From: Mobula hypostoma
Taxonomy: Eukaryota
Assembly (NCBI RefSeq): GCF_963921235.1
Contig: NC_086097.1
Location: forward strand, 12,338,001 to 12,402,000
DNA: 64,000 nucleotides
Direction: 5' to 3'
Part shown: in pieces, positions 47,878 to 59,922 of the stretch
Layout: each line of letters begins with the position of its first letter
Position numbering within the stretch: the first letter of the stretch is position 1
Program-made: the position numbers and the translations under genes
The notes under the pieces: generated by a model
The model's input: only the letters and a program-made list of their open reading frames with translations
What the model was told of the DNA's origin: nothing
Databases searched by the model: none

Positions 47878-48420
47878 AAAAGTTCAAAGGTTCATTTATT
47901 ATCAAAGTAAACAACTCTGAAATCCTTCTTCCCTGGATAGCCATGAGACCAAGAAAGAAAAGAATGGCAACAAGTTCATTAACCCCCAAATTGTCCCTCC
48001 CTGTACAAATAAAGAACAAAAACTGAACAGGCACAACGATCCCCAAATCCCACCCCACACACACACAAAAAAAACAAGAAAGATCGTGCAAAAAACACAG
48101 AATATAAAAATTACAAGATTGAAAAAAGTCCACAGTCCAAGTCCATATCCAAAACACAGAAAACCTGGGTAACACTCTCCGGGCACAGTGGCAGCTTCCC
48201 TCTATAGCAACAGAGTGATCGATCCCACCAGCAATCAAGAGGCAGGCAGTCAGCGCTCACCTTCTGCATTCGCCTTGATGTTTCAATCTCGTTAATCGCT
48301 TTAATCCATGAACAATGGAAGCTTCAATTGGCAAAATAGAGTCAAGCATTCACTCACACCCCATCCCACAGCTTGCTTGCCACAAGGTTCAGTCTGCCTC
48401 TGACTGCTGGAACCCTCTCA
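47878..48420 (-). mobile_element. Non-coding retroposon (TTTGAAC-type tail)
   Basis: AAAAGTTCAAAGGTTCATTTATTATCAAAGTA tail resembles the family at 24918 and 28400. Confidence 0.45.
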
Positions 48421-48601
48421 AAGACTGTAGAGCACCAAAGCTCCCCAACAATCTCCAAACTACAAATCACAAGCTCCAACAGTTCCAGAATCACACACAA
48501 GATGAAAAACAAATGTAAAAGACATAAAAGAAGTTGCAACAACATACATCAAAGTTGCTGGTGAACGCAGCAGGCCAGGCAGCATCTATAGGAAGAGGCG
48601 C

Positions 48602-48637
48602 AGTCGACGTTTCAGGCCGAGACCCTTCGTCAGGACT
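48602..48637 (-). ncRNA. Minimal type I hammerhead ribozyme motif with intact core
   Basis: AGTC-CTGACGA-AGG-GTCTCGG-CCT-GAAA-C-GTC-GACT: stem I AGTC/GACT, stem II AGG/CCT, palindromic ACGT helix III. Confidence 0.8.
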
Positions 48638-48928
48638 AACTGAAGGAAGAGTGAGTAAGGGATTTGAAAGCTGGAGGGGGAGGGGGAGATGCAAAATGAT
48701 AGGAGAAGACAGGAGGGGGAGGGATGGAGCCGAGAGCTGGACAGGTGATAGGCAGAAGGGGATACGAGAGGATCATGGGACAGGAAGTCCGGGAAGAAAG
48801 ACGGGGGGGGTGACCCAGAGGATGGGCAAGAGGTATATTCAGAGGGACAGAGGGAGAAAAAGGAGAGTGAGAGAAAGAATGTGTGCATAAAAATGAGTAA
48901 CAAATGGGGTACGAGGGGGAGGTGGGGC

Positions 48929-49490
48929 CTAGTGGAAGTTAGAGAAGTCAATGTTCATGCCATCAGGTTGGAGGCTACCCAGACGGAATATAAGGTGTTG
49001 TTCCTCCAACCTGAGTGTGGCTTCATCTTTACAGTAGAGGAGGCCGTGGATAGACATGTCAGAATGGGAATGGGATGTGGAATTAAAATGTGTGGCCACT
49101 GGGAGATCCTGCTTTCTCTGGCGGACAGAGCGTAGATGCTCAGCAAAGCGGTCTCCCAGTCTGCGTCGGGTCTCACCAATATATAAAAGGCCACATCGGG
49201 AGCACCGGACGCAGTATATCACCCCAGTCGACTCACAGGTGAAGTGATGCCTCACCTGGAAGGACTGTTTGGGGCCCTGAATGGTGGTAAGGGAGGAAGT
49301 GTAAGGGCATGTGTAGCACTTGTTCCGCTTACACGGATAAGTGCCAGGAGGGAGATCAGTGGGGAGGGATGGGGGGGACGAATGGACAAGGGAGTTGTGT
49401 AGGGAGCGATCCCTGCGGAATGCAGAGAGAGGCGGGGAGGGAAAGATATGCTTAGTGGTGGGATCCCGTTGGAGGTGGCGGAAGTTGAAA
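48929..49490 (-). CDS. Penelope GIY-YIG endonuclease domain (RT part missing)
   Basis: PCKRNKCYTC linker, GVIYCVRCSRCGLLYIGETRRRLGDRFAEH, PVATHF, EEQHLI..GMN. Confidence 0.88.
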
Positions 49491-49554
49491 TATATGATTT
49501 CATGGTCTATCCAGAAGTCGTTGATTGTGGGAGCATTGCGCACAGGCGCCATTT

Positions 49555-49850
49555 TGTCCAGAAGTCTGCTCCATCATGAGCATCTAGAACACCTTCAAGG
49601 AGTGATGCCCCAAGAAGGCGGCATCCATTATTAAGGACCCCATCACCCAGGACATGCCTTGTTCTCATTGCTACCATCAGGAAGGAGGTACAGAAACCTT
49701 GAGCACACACTCAATGATTCAGGAACAGCTTCTTTCCCTCTGCCATCCGATTTCCGAATGGACATTGAACCCATGGCCACTACCTCACTACTTTTTCATT
49801 TTTATTTTTGCACTACTGATTTAATTTAACTATTATATACATATGTAGAC
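49555..49850 (+). mobile_element. Rex1-type 3' remnant
   Basis: AAGGCGGCATCCATTATTAAGGACCCC..CAGGAACAGCTTCTTTCCCTCTGCCATC. Confidence 0.7.
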
Positions 49851-49860
49851 CTATTATATA

Positions 49861-50390
49861 CCCAAGGAGAGCTAAGGTACCGGTGACCCCTGTTTCCATC
49901 CAGGGGGTCAGTGTGGACATGGTGGAGGATTACAAATACCTGGGGATACGAATTGACAATAAACTGGACTGGTCAAAGAACACTGAAGCTGTCTACAAGA
50001 AGGGTCAGAGCCATCTCTATTTCCTGAGGAGACTGAGGTCCTTTAACATCTGCTGGACGATGCTGAGGATGTTCTACGAGTCTGTGGTGGCCAGTGCTAT
50101 CATGTTTGCTGTTGTGTGCTGGGGCAGCAGGCTGAGGGTAGCAGACACCAACAGAATCAACAAACTCATTCGTAAGGCCAGTGATGTTGTGGGGATGGAA
50201 CTGGACTCTCTGACGGTGGTGTCTGAAAAGAGGATGCTGTCTAAGTTGCATGCCATCTCGGACAATGTCTCCCATCCACTACATAATGTACTGGTTGGGC
50301 ACAGGAGTACATTCAGCCAGAGACTCATTCCACCGAGATGCAACACAGAGCGTCGTGGGAAGTCATTCCTGCCCGTGGCCATCAAACTTT
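49861..50390 (+). mobile_element. Third copy of the young Rex1/L2-group LINE, tail lost at the Gypsy junction
   Basis: ORF 49883-50395 nearly identical to 44172-44846. Confidence 0.88.
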
Positions 50391-50581
50391 TGTAATGCAC
50401 CTCTGATGTCACTTCCGCCCGGAGAGGGCGGGAACAGAACTGTGTAAAAGCCAGTGCCGTGAAGTTTGAATAAATTAGTCTTGAGTGCAACTTACAGACT
50501 GCGTGACATTATTTCTGGCTCTGTGTGTAGCACATCGCTACATTGCTGACCCCAATGGTCCAAACAGGATTTGGACCAAAG

Positions 50582-53500
50582 ATGATCGATTCCTCATCTG
50601 TTCACGCAGTTTCGCTAAAACTGCCAACTTTCTGGACGCTGCGACCATGCGTGTGGTTTGACCAAGCAGAAGCCCAGTTCCAGATTCAACAGGTATCTTC
50701 TGATTCCACGCGTTACTATTACATGGTGAGCTCCCTTGGCCAGGAGACAGCTGCTCAGGTTGAGGATTTCGTACAGTCACCCCTGGAAGAAGGTAAATAT
50801 GTAGCATTCAAAGCGCTGCTCATAGGGACCTTTGGCCTCTCACAGCGTGAGCGAGGTGCCTGCTTGCTGCACCCAGATGGTTTGGGAGACAGGCAACCGT
50901 CAGCATTAATGAACGAGATGCTGGCCCTGGCTGAAGGACACAAGCCCTGCCTTATGTTTGAGCAGGCGTTCCTAGAGCAACTGCCCGAGGACATACATCT
51001 GCTGCTGGCCGACGCAGATTTCAGTGACCCCCGGAAGGTGGTGGCCCGGGCAGACGTGCTGTGGAAAGCCAAGAGGGAGAGCGGGGCGTCCGTTGGACAG
51101 AATACCAAGCCACGTGCCCAAAGCAGGCTAGACCAGGCCCGGCAACAGAGCGCAAACAACCCAGAGGCAGGAGGGAGGAGGCCAATGAACAGTAGTGTTT
51201 CTACCACCAGCGGTAGGGCACAGAAGCCCGCTGTTGTCGCCCGCCCTTCAAGTTCCCAGGAAACGCCAGGTCCAGCCGCCGCTAATGGCCAGGACAGCCT
51301 CTTGTACGTCTGGGACAAACAGTCGGGACGTCGCTTCTTGGTCGGCACTGGAGCGGAAATCAGTGTCTTACCCCCGACAGGGTACGACACCCGCAACAGG
51401 GAGCTGGGACCCACCCTGAGGGCCACAAACGGCAGCATGATACGGACCTACGGCACCCGCACAGTGCAGCTGCAGTTCAGTGCCAGCCGGTTCACGTGGG
51501 ACTTCACACTGGCCGCCGTGGCCCAACCACTGCTGGGGGCGGACTTCTTGCGAGCTCACAGCCTGCTTCGACTTGCAAGGGAAAAGTCAGGTCCATGCCA
51601 AGACTGTCCAGATGTTCTCCCTGGGTGAAGCCAAGTTGCCGGCCCCACACCTGGACTCCATCATGCTGTCTGACAACGAATTCACCAGAATCCTGGTGGA
51701 CTTTCCATCGGTTCTGGCACCGCAGTTCACGGCAGCCATGCCCAGACACGGAGTACAGCACCACATTCCGACCCAGGGACCACCCCTCCATGCCCGCGCA
51801 CGAAGGCTCCCCCCGGACAAGCTCCACCTAGCGAAGGAAGAGTTCAAGAGGATGGAGGAATTGGGGCTTGTACGGCGGTCTGACAGACCATGGGCCTGCC
51901 CCCTGCACGTGGTGCCCAAAGCAGCCGGGGGCTGGAGACCATGCGGCGACTACCATAGACTGAACGAGGCTACAAATCCAGACCACTACCCCGTGCCCCA
52001 CATTCAGGACTTTGCAGCAAACCTGCTTGGGTCAAGCATCTTTTCCAAAGTAGACCTCATCCGGGGATACCATCAAATCCCGGTACACCCTGAAGACAAC
52101 CCCAAAAGAGCACTCATCACCCCGTTTGGCCTGTTCGAATTCCTCCGAATGCCGTTCGGCCTGAAGAATGCCGCACACATGTTCCAGCGGCTAATGGATG
52201 CGGTGGGACGCGACCTGGATTTTGCGTTCATCTATTTGGACGACATCCACATAGCCAGCAGTAGTCGTCAGGAATCTGTCCCACCTCCGCCAGCTCTACT
52301 CCCGCCTGAGTGATTTCAGCCTCACGATCAACCCAGCCAAGTGCCAGTTCGGTCTCGACACCATCGACTTCCTGGGCCACAGGATTACCAAAGATGGGGC
52401 AACACCTCTGCCCACCAAGGTAGACGCGATTCGCCACTTCGCCCGGCCCAACACAGTCAAAGGCCTGCAGGAGTTCGTTGGTATGGTGAACTTCTACCAC
52501 TGCTTCCTCCCCTCAGCAGCCCGTATCATGCGTCCTTTGTTCACCCTGATGTCGGGTAAAGGCAAGGACATTACTTGGGACGAAGAGGCCGCGGCCGCTT
52601 TCATTAAAGCCAAGGAAGCCTTGGCAGACGCCGCGATGCTGGTGCACCCCAGAACAGATGTTCCAACTGCCCTCACAGTGGACGCATCCAACACAGCAGT
52701 CGGTGGGGTGCTGGAGCAACTCATCGAGGGGCGCTGGCAACCCCTGGCATTCTTCAGCAGGCACCTATGGCCACCCGAACTCAAGTACAGTGCCTTCGAC
52801 CGGGAGCTGTTGGCACTATATCTGGCAATCTGGCATTTCAGGTACTTCTTAGAAAGCAGGCCGTTCACCGCGTTCACAGACCACAAACCGCTGACCTTCG
52901 CATTCACGAAGGTGTCTGATCCCTGGTCGGCCCGCCAGCAGTGACATCTGTTCTACATCTCCAAGTACACAACGGACATCTAGCATGTCTTGGGAAAGGA
53001 CAATGTCATGGCGGACGCACTCTCCAGACCAGCTATCCAGGCCCTGTCCCAGGGGGTGGACTATGCAGCACTGGCAGAGGCACAGCGGGCAGACGGCGAG
53101 ATGCCCAGCTACAGGACCGCAGTCTCGGGTTTGCAGCTGCAAGACTTCCTGTGTGACGTGGCTACCAGCCAACCTCGCCCCATCGTCCCAGCAGCCTGGC
53201 GTGAGTTTTTGACTCCATACACGGCTTGGCACACCCATCTATCAGGACAACCGTCCGGATGGTCTCCAGCAAGTTCGTGTGGCACGGACTTCGCAAACAG
53301 GTCGGCAAATGGGCCAAAACGTGCACGCAGTGCCAAACAGCCAAGGTGCAGCGGCACACCAAGGCTCCGCGCAGCGGTTCGAACCCACCCGCCGGTGGTT
53401 CGACCACATCCATGTGGATATCGTGGGGCCCCTGCCAGTGTTGCGAGGAGCGCGGTACCTCCTAACTATAGCAGACCGGTTCACCAGAAGGTCAGAGGCG

Positions 53501-54225
53501 GTCCCGCTCACCGACACCACTGCCGATTCCTGCGCCCAAGAGCTGATTGCAACCTGGGTAGCACGCTTCGGGATACCGGCCCACATTACCTCCGACAGAG
53601 GCGCCCAGTTCACCTCCAGCCTGTGGTCGGCCGTGGCCAGCTTGTTGGGAACACAGCTACACCACACAACTGCCTACCCCCCACAGTCGAACGGACTAGT
53701 GGAACGCTTCCACCGTCACTTGAAGTCAGCTCTCGTGGACGAGATTCCGTGGGTCCTGCTTGGAATCCACACAGCGCCCAAAGAGGATCTGCACACCTCG
53801 TTGGCTGAGCTGGTGTATGGCACACCCCAGGAGAGTTCATACCAGCCCCAAGGGGGCAAGAGGAAGAACCTGCAGCAGTCCTGGAGAGACTACGCGAAAG
53901 GCTTGGCAACCTGGTACCGACTTCACAGCACGCACAGAGCCCGACCTGCGTACCCAAAGACCTGCAGAACTGTAAGTTTGTATTTGTACGACGGGGCGGA
54001 CACCGGGCACCACTACAGCGGCCGTATGAGGGGCCGTTCAAGGTGATCAGGAACAACGGGTCCACGTATGTTCTGGACATTGGGGGAAAAGAGGAGGTTT
54101 TCACAGTGGACCGACTCAAACCGGCCGATGTGGACTTGGCCTAGCCGGTCGAGGTTCAGGCACCACAGCGCAGAGGCAGACCACCCAAACAGAGACTGAT
54201 CCAGACTGTGGACATTGCCGGTTCT
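50582..54225 (+). pseudogene. gag-pol pseudogene (Gag, PR, RT, RNase H, IN)
   Basis: KLPTFW..WFDQAEAQF; LVGTGAEISV (catalytic D to G); KVDLIRGYHQIP, MPFGLKNA, YLDD; TVDAS, DRELLA, TDHKPL; HPSI..CTQC, HVDIVGP, SDRGAQF, NGLVERFH; several frameshifts and stops. Confidence 0.92.
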
Positions 54226-54240
54226 GGGGGAGGGGGGTTA

Positions 54241-54527
54241 TGTGGTGACCCACTTTTTACGCAGGCGAACCGACTCACAAAATGGCGCCTGCATCGGCAG
54301 AGAGGCCAGCCCCAAAATGGCGCTGGGCCTTCTTCTTCACCAGCAAGGGGAGAAAGCCCGCGCGCAGCAAGAGACTTCAATGCACCTCTGACATCATTTC
54401 CACCTGGAGAGGGCGGGAACGGAACTGTGTAAAAGCCAGTGCCGCGAAGTTTGAATAAACTAGTCTCGAGTGCAACTTACAGACTGCATGTCGTTATTTC
54501 TAGCTCTGTGTGTAGCACATCGCTACA
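54241..54527 (+). repeat. 3' LTR (287 bp); its last ~149 bp repeat 50394-50542
   Basis: About 13 mismatches by eye over the shared part, mostly transitions; AATAAA present. Confidence 0.92.
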
Positions 54528-54659
54528 AAAAACATTTTTCTTGTGGATAGTGGAATACTCTGTGAGAAAAAAATGGTTGTGAAAGAGAAATGAGCATTGG
54601 ATAAAATAGCATTAAGACATTGATAGCGTCTTTAAATGGTATCAAATGGAACCTTAGTA

Positions 54660-56082
54660 AAGACCATAAGACCAAATGACATAGGAACAGAATTAGGCCA
54701 TGTGGCCCATCGAGCCTGCACCACCATTCAATCATGGCTGATCTATTTTTCCCCTCCTCAGCCCCACTCCCCGGCATTTTCCCCATAACCTTTGATGCCA
54801 TGTCCATTCAAGAACCTAAATACACCTAACAACCTGGCCTCCACAGCTGCCTGCAGTAACAAATTCCACAAATTCACCAGCATCTGGCTAAAGAAATTTC
54901 TCCGCATTTTTTTTTTAAATGGATGTCCCTCTATCCTGAGAATGTAACCTCTTGTCCGAGACTCCCCCACAATGGAGAACATCCTTTCTGCATCTAATCA
55001 GTCTAGGCATTTCAACATTCAAAAGATTTCAATGAAATCACCCCCATCCTTCTAAATTCCAGTGAATACAGACTCAGAGCTATCAAATATTCCTCGTATG
55101 ATAACCCTTTCATTCCCGGAATCATCCTTGTGAACCTATTCTGAACCTCTCCAATGCCAGCACATCTTTTCTTAGATGAGGAGCCCAAAACTGTTCACAA
55201 TACTCAAGGTGAGGCCTCACCAGTGCCTTATAAAGCCTCAGCATCACAACTCTCCTCTTGTATTCAAGACCTCTTGAAATTAATGCTGATATTGCATTTG
55301 GCTTCCTCACCATTGACCCTACCTGCAAGTTAACCTTTAGGGTGTTCTGCACAAGGACTCCCAAGTCCTTTTGAATCTCAGATTTTTGGATTTTCTCCCT
55401 GTTTAGAAAATTGTCTGCACATTTATTTCTACTACCAAATTGCATGATCATGCACTTTCCAGCATTGTATTTCATTTGCCACTTTCTTGCCTATTCTAAT
55501 CTGTGTAATTCTTCTGCAGCCTTCCTGTTTCCTCAACACTACCTACCCCTCCACCAAGCTTTGTATCATCTGCAAACTTGGCAACAAAGCCATCTATTCC
55601 ATCATCTACATTGATATACAACGTAAAAGGAAATGGTCCCAACACCAACACCTGCAGAACACCACTAGTCACTGGCAGCTATCCAGTAAAGAATCCTTTT
55701 ATTCCCACTCACTGCTTCCTACCAATCAGCCAATGCTCTCACCATGGCAGTAACTTTCCTGTAATACCATGGGCTCTTAACATGGTAAACAGCTTCATCT
55801 GTGGCACCTTGTCAAAGGCCTTCTGAAAGTCCAAAACTACAGCATCCACTGCATCCTCTTTATCTATCTTACTTATAGTCTCCGCAAAGAATTCCAACAG
55901 GTTTGTTAGGCAAGATTTTCCTTTAAGGATACCATGCTGACTTTGTCCTATCTTGTCCTGTGTCACCAAGTACTCCGTAGCCTCATCCTTAACAATTAAT
56001 TGCAACATCTTCCCAACCACTGAAGTCAGGCTAACTGGTCTATAATTTCCTTTCTGCGGCCTTCCTCCTTTCTTAAAGAGTG
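54660..56082 (-). mobile_element. CR1 LINE, 5'-truncated, decayed; same subfamily as 34990-36436
   Basis: GNYRPVSLTSVVGK, LDFQKAFDKVP, ALVRPHLEYC; (AAGACCAT)n tail. Confidence 0.9.
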
Positions 56083-57024
56083 TAGCTGTGAAGCTGAAAC
56101 TCCTAGCTACTTTCTTGCTATAAATTGCAAACACAAACACAATGTCAGGAAACGCTGTGGAAAATAAACTCCAGTTTTAATGGAATATTTTTAAAAAACA
56201 TATATTTTATAAAAACATATATAAATCGCTTTCCTGAACTAATACTTAAACATTCCATAGGCCCCTGTTGGACTTTAGAAAGATATTTCTCCCTCGCTCT
56301 TTGTTCGAAGCCCATTGTTCTCAAATGGTAGCTTCTTGTCCAAAGGTTGTTTATAATCATCATTCTGAATGATAAGCATAACTATTAATTCTTATTTATC
56401 AAATGTTTACACTGATTAGGATGACTAAATATTATCTGCACTTAGCATTGATTTTGGTAAATAAATAAGATAAATTTTTACTTATCAGAAATCGAGCAAA
56501 TTTGATTGGATTAAGTAAATGATATAACATATGCTTCAATGCGCTTTCTCTTTTTAATGTTTTCATTCAGTCTTGCCTGAAAAAATATTCCTCATTGTAA
56601 GCAGCTGTCAAAATGACTTAAACTGGGCCCGAAAAAACGTGCAACCCACAATAAATATGATGGCTGCAAAGTTTTAATCAAAAGTCAAAAAGTGCATAGA
56701 TTAAATCTATTTAACAAAGTATATAGAGCATATAACAAATGCATTGTAACTGTCATATATTATGCGTTCATTGCCTCTGTGACATCCTGTGATTCATGAA
56801 GCTGTGAAAAAATGACTTTCCCCCAAAATTATTAATGCTCAATCTGCTGAAGGAATCTTTTAATTCACATTATACGTCTCATGGTATTATGACTAACAGC
56901 TGTCAGTTTGCAATGGTTCAAAGAGGCAGAATTCTCGCTGGCCAGCTGAAACTGGGTTTAGGAAACTTAACATTAAAAATGAAGCCTGTGCATTGTTGGG
57001 AAGAGCAAATTTTAATAATCCCAT

Positions 57025-57670
57025 AGTGAAAGGGTATATACATGTCACCACATACAACCCTGAGATTAATTTTCTTGTGGACATTCACAGCAAGTACAAA
57101 GAAACACAATAGAATCAATGAAAAACCTCACACAAGATGGACAAACAACCACTGTGTTAAAGATAAGAAACTGTGCAAATACAAAAAGAAGAAAGAACAA
57201 ACAAAATAATAATAAATAAGTAAGCAATAAATATCAAGAACATGAGCTAAAATGTCCTTGAAAATGAATCCATAGATTATGGGAACATTTCAGCGGTGGG
57301 ATCAGTGAGGCTGAGTGCAGTTATCCCCTCTGGTTCAAGAGCCTGATGGTTGACTGTTCTTGAAGCTGTTAGCGTGGATCCTGAGGCCTCTGCGTTTCCT
57401 TCCTTATGGCAGCACATGAAGAGAGCATGGCCTGGATGGTAGGGGTCCCTGATGATGGATGCTGCTTCCCTGCGACAGTGCTCCATCTAGATGTGCTGAA
57501 TGCTGGGGAGGGCTTTACCCATGTTGGACTGGGGCATATCCACTATATTTTGTAAGCCTTTCATTCAAGGACATTGGTGTTTCCATACCAGGCCATGAAG
57601 CAACTAGTCAGTATGCTCTCCATCACACATCCACAGAAGTTTGTCAAAGTTTTAGATGACATGCCATGGA
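57025..57670 (-). mobile_element. Retroposon tail plus Rex1-type 3' remnant
   Basis: EAASIIRDPYHPGHALF fragment; similar to 16135-17215. Confidence 0.6.
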
Positions 57671-58756
57671 GCTTGCTGTGACACAGACAGAAAATTTACA
57701 GCGTTTGCTCACATGCAGCACACTAAATTGCAGTAGTTAACTTGTTTCTACAGATCCATTGCATTTGTACAAATACAAAGCTTATCTGGCTAAATTGTGG
57801 CGTATCTGGATTTGATTGCTGGCTGGATTTACCTTTTCCAGACTGATCTTTCTCATTGTGTTGGAATGGCTTTGACTGGTAACAAGGCCTCAAGTCACTG
57901 TCGATGGAGTACCCAAACAATGGTTGACATCACACCACTGCCAAAGGCCTTTGCACAATTTTTAAATGTTTTGAAGGATAAAGGATCAACTTTATTCATC
58001 ATATACATTTAAATATGTCAGGAACTTTCTGTGGTGTGTTGGTGTGACATGCAACAAAAAAGCAACAACATTCAACAATTATAAAGAATTACATCAAACT
58101 TAAACTTAGAGGCTTAAATACAGATATGGAATAAAATGTGCATAAATACATAAATACCAGCATGTATTTAGAATGTAAATAGCATTATAAAAAGTAGTTT
58201 GAAGTATTTATTGTGCAGTGAAGTGACAGATAGAATGGAAAAGGGGTCTGGGGGGTGGCTAACTAGATCAGATTAACTGTCTGGAGGAAGAAACTTTTAA
58301 GATGGAAGTGAAGTTTTTGTTCTAATAGCCCTATAGTGTTTTCCACAACATTCTTTGTTGCTCCAATGGACGTGCTTAAAATCTATTGGAATAGTTCAAG
58401 ATCAAGTTCAAGTTTATTGTCATCTGACTGTACTACCAAATGAAACAATGTTCCTCCCGACCATGGTACACCCACCAACCATAATCACATATAGAACGTA
58501 AAACAAAATATTATCACAAATAAGTTAATCAACAGGTCTACAGCAGATGCTACCTCATTGGCTCTTCACACAGCACTGGAACATCTGGACAGCAAGGATG
58601 CAGACACCAGGATGCTCTTAATCAGATACAGCTCGGCATTTTACACCATCATCCCCCAAAATTAATCAGTAAACTCCGAGACCTGGGATTTAATAACCCC
58701 TTGTGCAATTGGATCCTGCACTTCCTCACTTGTAGACCCCAGTCAGTTCGGATTGA

Positions 58757-59922
58757 CATAAACATAGAACCATAGAACCATAGAACACTACAGCACAGAA
58801 AACAGGCCATTCGGCCCTTCAAGTCTGTACCAAAACATTATTCCGCTAGTCCCATTGACCTGCATCCAGTCCATAACCCACCAGACCTCTCCCATCCATG
58901 TACCTATCTAATTTATTCTTAAAACTTAAGAGTGAGCCCGCATTTACCACGTCAGTTGGCAGCTCGTTCCACACTCCCACCACTCTCTGAGTGAAGAAGT
59001 TCCCCCTAATGTTCCCCCTAAACCTTTCCCCTTTCACCCTAAAACCATGTCCTCTCGTATTTATCTCTCCTAATCTAAGTGGAAAGAGCCTATTCACATT
59101 TACTCTGTCTATACCCCTCATAATTTTGTAAATCTCTATCAAATCTTCCCTCATTCTTCTATACTCCAAGGAATAACGCCCTAACCTGCTCAATCTTTCC
59201 CTGTAATTCAACTCCTGAAGACCCGGCAACATCCTAGTAAATCATCTCTGCATTCTTTCAATCTTACTGATATCCTTCCTATAGTTAGGTGACTAGAACT
59301 GTACACAATACTCCAAATTTGGCCTCACCAATGTCTTATACAACCTCCCCATAACATCTCAACTCCTATACTCAATACTTTGATTTATGAATGCCAGGAT
59401 GCCAAAAGCCTTCTTTACAACCCTGTCTACCTCTGACACCACTTCCAGGGAATTATGTATCTGAACTCCCAGATCTCTTTGTTCCTCCATACTCCTCAGT
59501 GCCCTACCATTTACTGTGTATGTCCTACCTTGATTTGTCCTTCTTAAATGCAACACCTCACACTTGTCGGCATTAAATTCCATCTGCCATTTTGTGGCCC
59601 ATTTTTCCAGTTGGTCCGGATCCCTCTGCAAGCTTTGAAATCCTTCCTTGCTGTCCACAACGCCTCCAATCTTAGTGTCATCAGCAAACTTGCTGATCCA
59701 ATTTATCACATTATTATCTAGATCATTGATATAGAGAACAAACAACAATGGTCCCAGCACAGATCCTTGAGGCACACCACTAGTCACAGGCCTCCAGTCT
59801 GATAAGCAATCATGCACTACCACTCTCTGTCTTCTCCCACACAGCCAATTTCAAATCTAGTTTACAACCTCTCCATGGATACCTAGTATCTGAACCTTCT
59901 GAACTAACCTCCCATGTGGGAC
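58757..59922 (-). mobile_element. CR1 LINE, another subfamily, 5'-truncated
   Basis: GVPQGSVLGPLLF, FADDTKIGG, TRGHGFRVKG, RVVGVWNELP; (CATAGAAC)n tail; a Rex1 RT fragment lies to its left (~58530-58756). Confidence 0.9.

Larger units (their letters stand above)
48534..49490 (-). mobile_element. Penelope-like element, young, 5'-truncated (GIY-YIG plus 3' pLTR)
   Basis: Intact endonuclease coding region, pyrimidine-rich 3' UTR, pLTR with hammerhead. Confidence 0.92.
50391..54527 (+). mobile_element. Gypsy LTR retrotransposon, CsRn1-like, near complete but decayed
   Basis: Partial 5' LTR 50391-50542, PBS-like TTGCTGACCCC (tRNA-Trp type), PPT GGGGGAGGGGGG at ~54226-54237, 3' LTR TG..CA 54241-54527. 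Confidence 0.95.

Noticed and set aside
49491..49552. N-terminus of the 207-aa GIY-YIG ORF as a domesticated gene
   Set aside because: Penelope similarity ends near 49490; the upstream start looks fortuitous and there is no promoter or splice evidence.
50755..54119. Long minus-strand ORFs over the Gypsy element
   Set aside because: GC-rich antisense shadows with no env-like or other motifs.
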